Assembly: GCA_013265495.1 (NCBI GenBank)
Contig: MU057744.1
Coordinates: forward strand, 1,130,356-1,194,355
Length of the DNA: 64,000 nt
Direction: 5' to 3'
Source of the DNA: Vicugna vicugna
Taxonomy: Eukaryota
This document shows positions 63,000 to 64,000 of this stretch, in pieces. The first letter of the stretch is position 1. The number at the start of each line of letters is the position of its first letter. A model generated the notes under the pieces. It worked only from the letters and a program-made list of their open reading frames with translations, was not told the origin of the DNA and ran no database searches. Position numbers and translations under genes: made by a program.

Positions 63000-63538
63000 T
63001 AATCTTATTTAAGTTAAAAAATACTTATGGAAAAGCATTACATTTATAAGTTTACATTGATTAAAAAAAACAAACAGGCAAACTGGAATACCCCCAAGCG
63101 CTGCTGAATAGGCTGCATCCGCACGCCCGCCCACCGGCCCCTTTTCACTGCGAGGGACTCTGAACCTCGCGGCAACTCAAGAAGACTGTAAACACCACCA
63201 ACAGGAAAGAGAATGTGGGTTGATGCATGAGTAAATGTTGCAGATGCCAAGGATTTCACGTTGTTTTAAGTCTGTGCTTAACAATAAGCAACAATAGTTG
63301 AGCTGAATTTTCTCTCTCGTGACTTTACCCACGCTGCTTTCTCGTTCTGTGAAAAAGACTTAGGTGTCTTAACTGACAGCAAGTTCAACCGTAGGCGGCC
63401 CAAAATATCAAATGCAAAGTTAAACTGGATGAATAGATGTGATGTTCAGCCTGAGGTGAGGTATTGTTCTCTGAGCTGGCGAGAACACAGCTGGAGTAAT
63501 AAAGAGGATCATTTATGATAAATGTGACATGTAACTCC
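63000..63538 (-). other. Possible terminal exon/3'UTR of an upstream minus-strand gene
   Basis: Acceptor-like ttgttttttcacag|G at 63539/63538 followed by unique sequence with early stops in two frames (GVTCHIYHK*, SYMSHLS*). No canonical AATAAA identified. Confidence 0.2.
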
Positions 63539-64000
63539 CTGTGAAAAAACAAGTAGTACCAAACTGTATGAAAGAAATAGATGAAGTTCCTGCATCTTTC
63601 CACCCCCTACCCATTCGCCATGGTTGGCTGATACGAACAGTTTGGAGTGTATTCTTCTGAATACAAACATTTTAAAGACACACATAATTTTCTTCTACAG
63701 AAGATATCTCTTTTGCAACTTGCTTTTCATTTCTAAATCACAGACATCACAATTTCGAGATGTTCCATAATTCCCCGAATCAACTCCCCATGCGTGGACA
63801 TTTGTCCCTGTCTATGAGGTAGGTTCATAAAAATGGAATTTCTGGGTCATAGGTTGCATTTACAATTTTTGATAGGTAGTAAAAAAAACATTCTTTCCAA
63901 AAAGGTTGCCCAGAAGTCACATTTTAGAAACATTATATATATATACATACAGGAGTGTGTCTGGGGAAAAAAATTAAGTGGTAATATGAAACACCTGTTG

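Noticed and set aside
1..64000. CRISPR arrays, rRNA, operons or other prokaryotic systems
   Set aside because: No repeat-spacer arrays or dense coding regions; the repeat content is clearly mammalian.

Overview
Mammalian genomic DNA, very probably camelid (alpaca/llama/camel). This is inferred from about 18 copies of a tRNA-derived SINE with the Vic-1-type structure and from the young L1 3'UTRs. The window is intronic/intergenic and repeat-rich: many 5'-truncated L1s (young and ancient), L2, MIR, MaLR/ERV LTRs, hAT DNA-transposon fossils and one decayed two-LTR ERV1 provirus (46146-52173) with gag and env remnants. No complete protein-coding gene is present. There are two candidate alternative first exons of an unidentified minus-strand gene: a CpG-island exon near 27.6 kb and an exon near 0.8 kb, both ending in phase 1. 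Almost all of the supplied ORFs are L1 ORF2/3'UTR debris or chance ORFs. The most interesting observations concern retroelements: (i) two independent L1 copies share a chimeric 3' end borrowed from an ancient L1MD/ME element; (ii) the provirus carries a second internal PPT plus the U3 of a different LTR family; (iii) an L1 carries a ~0.9 kb 3' transduction that includes a MER63 fossil; (iv) a CpG island is built from an L2; (v) there is a deep nest of insertions at 43-57 kb. Repeat family names come from recalled consensus sequences, not from a database search. Boundaries without a quoted TSD are approximate.
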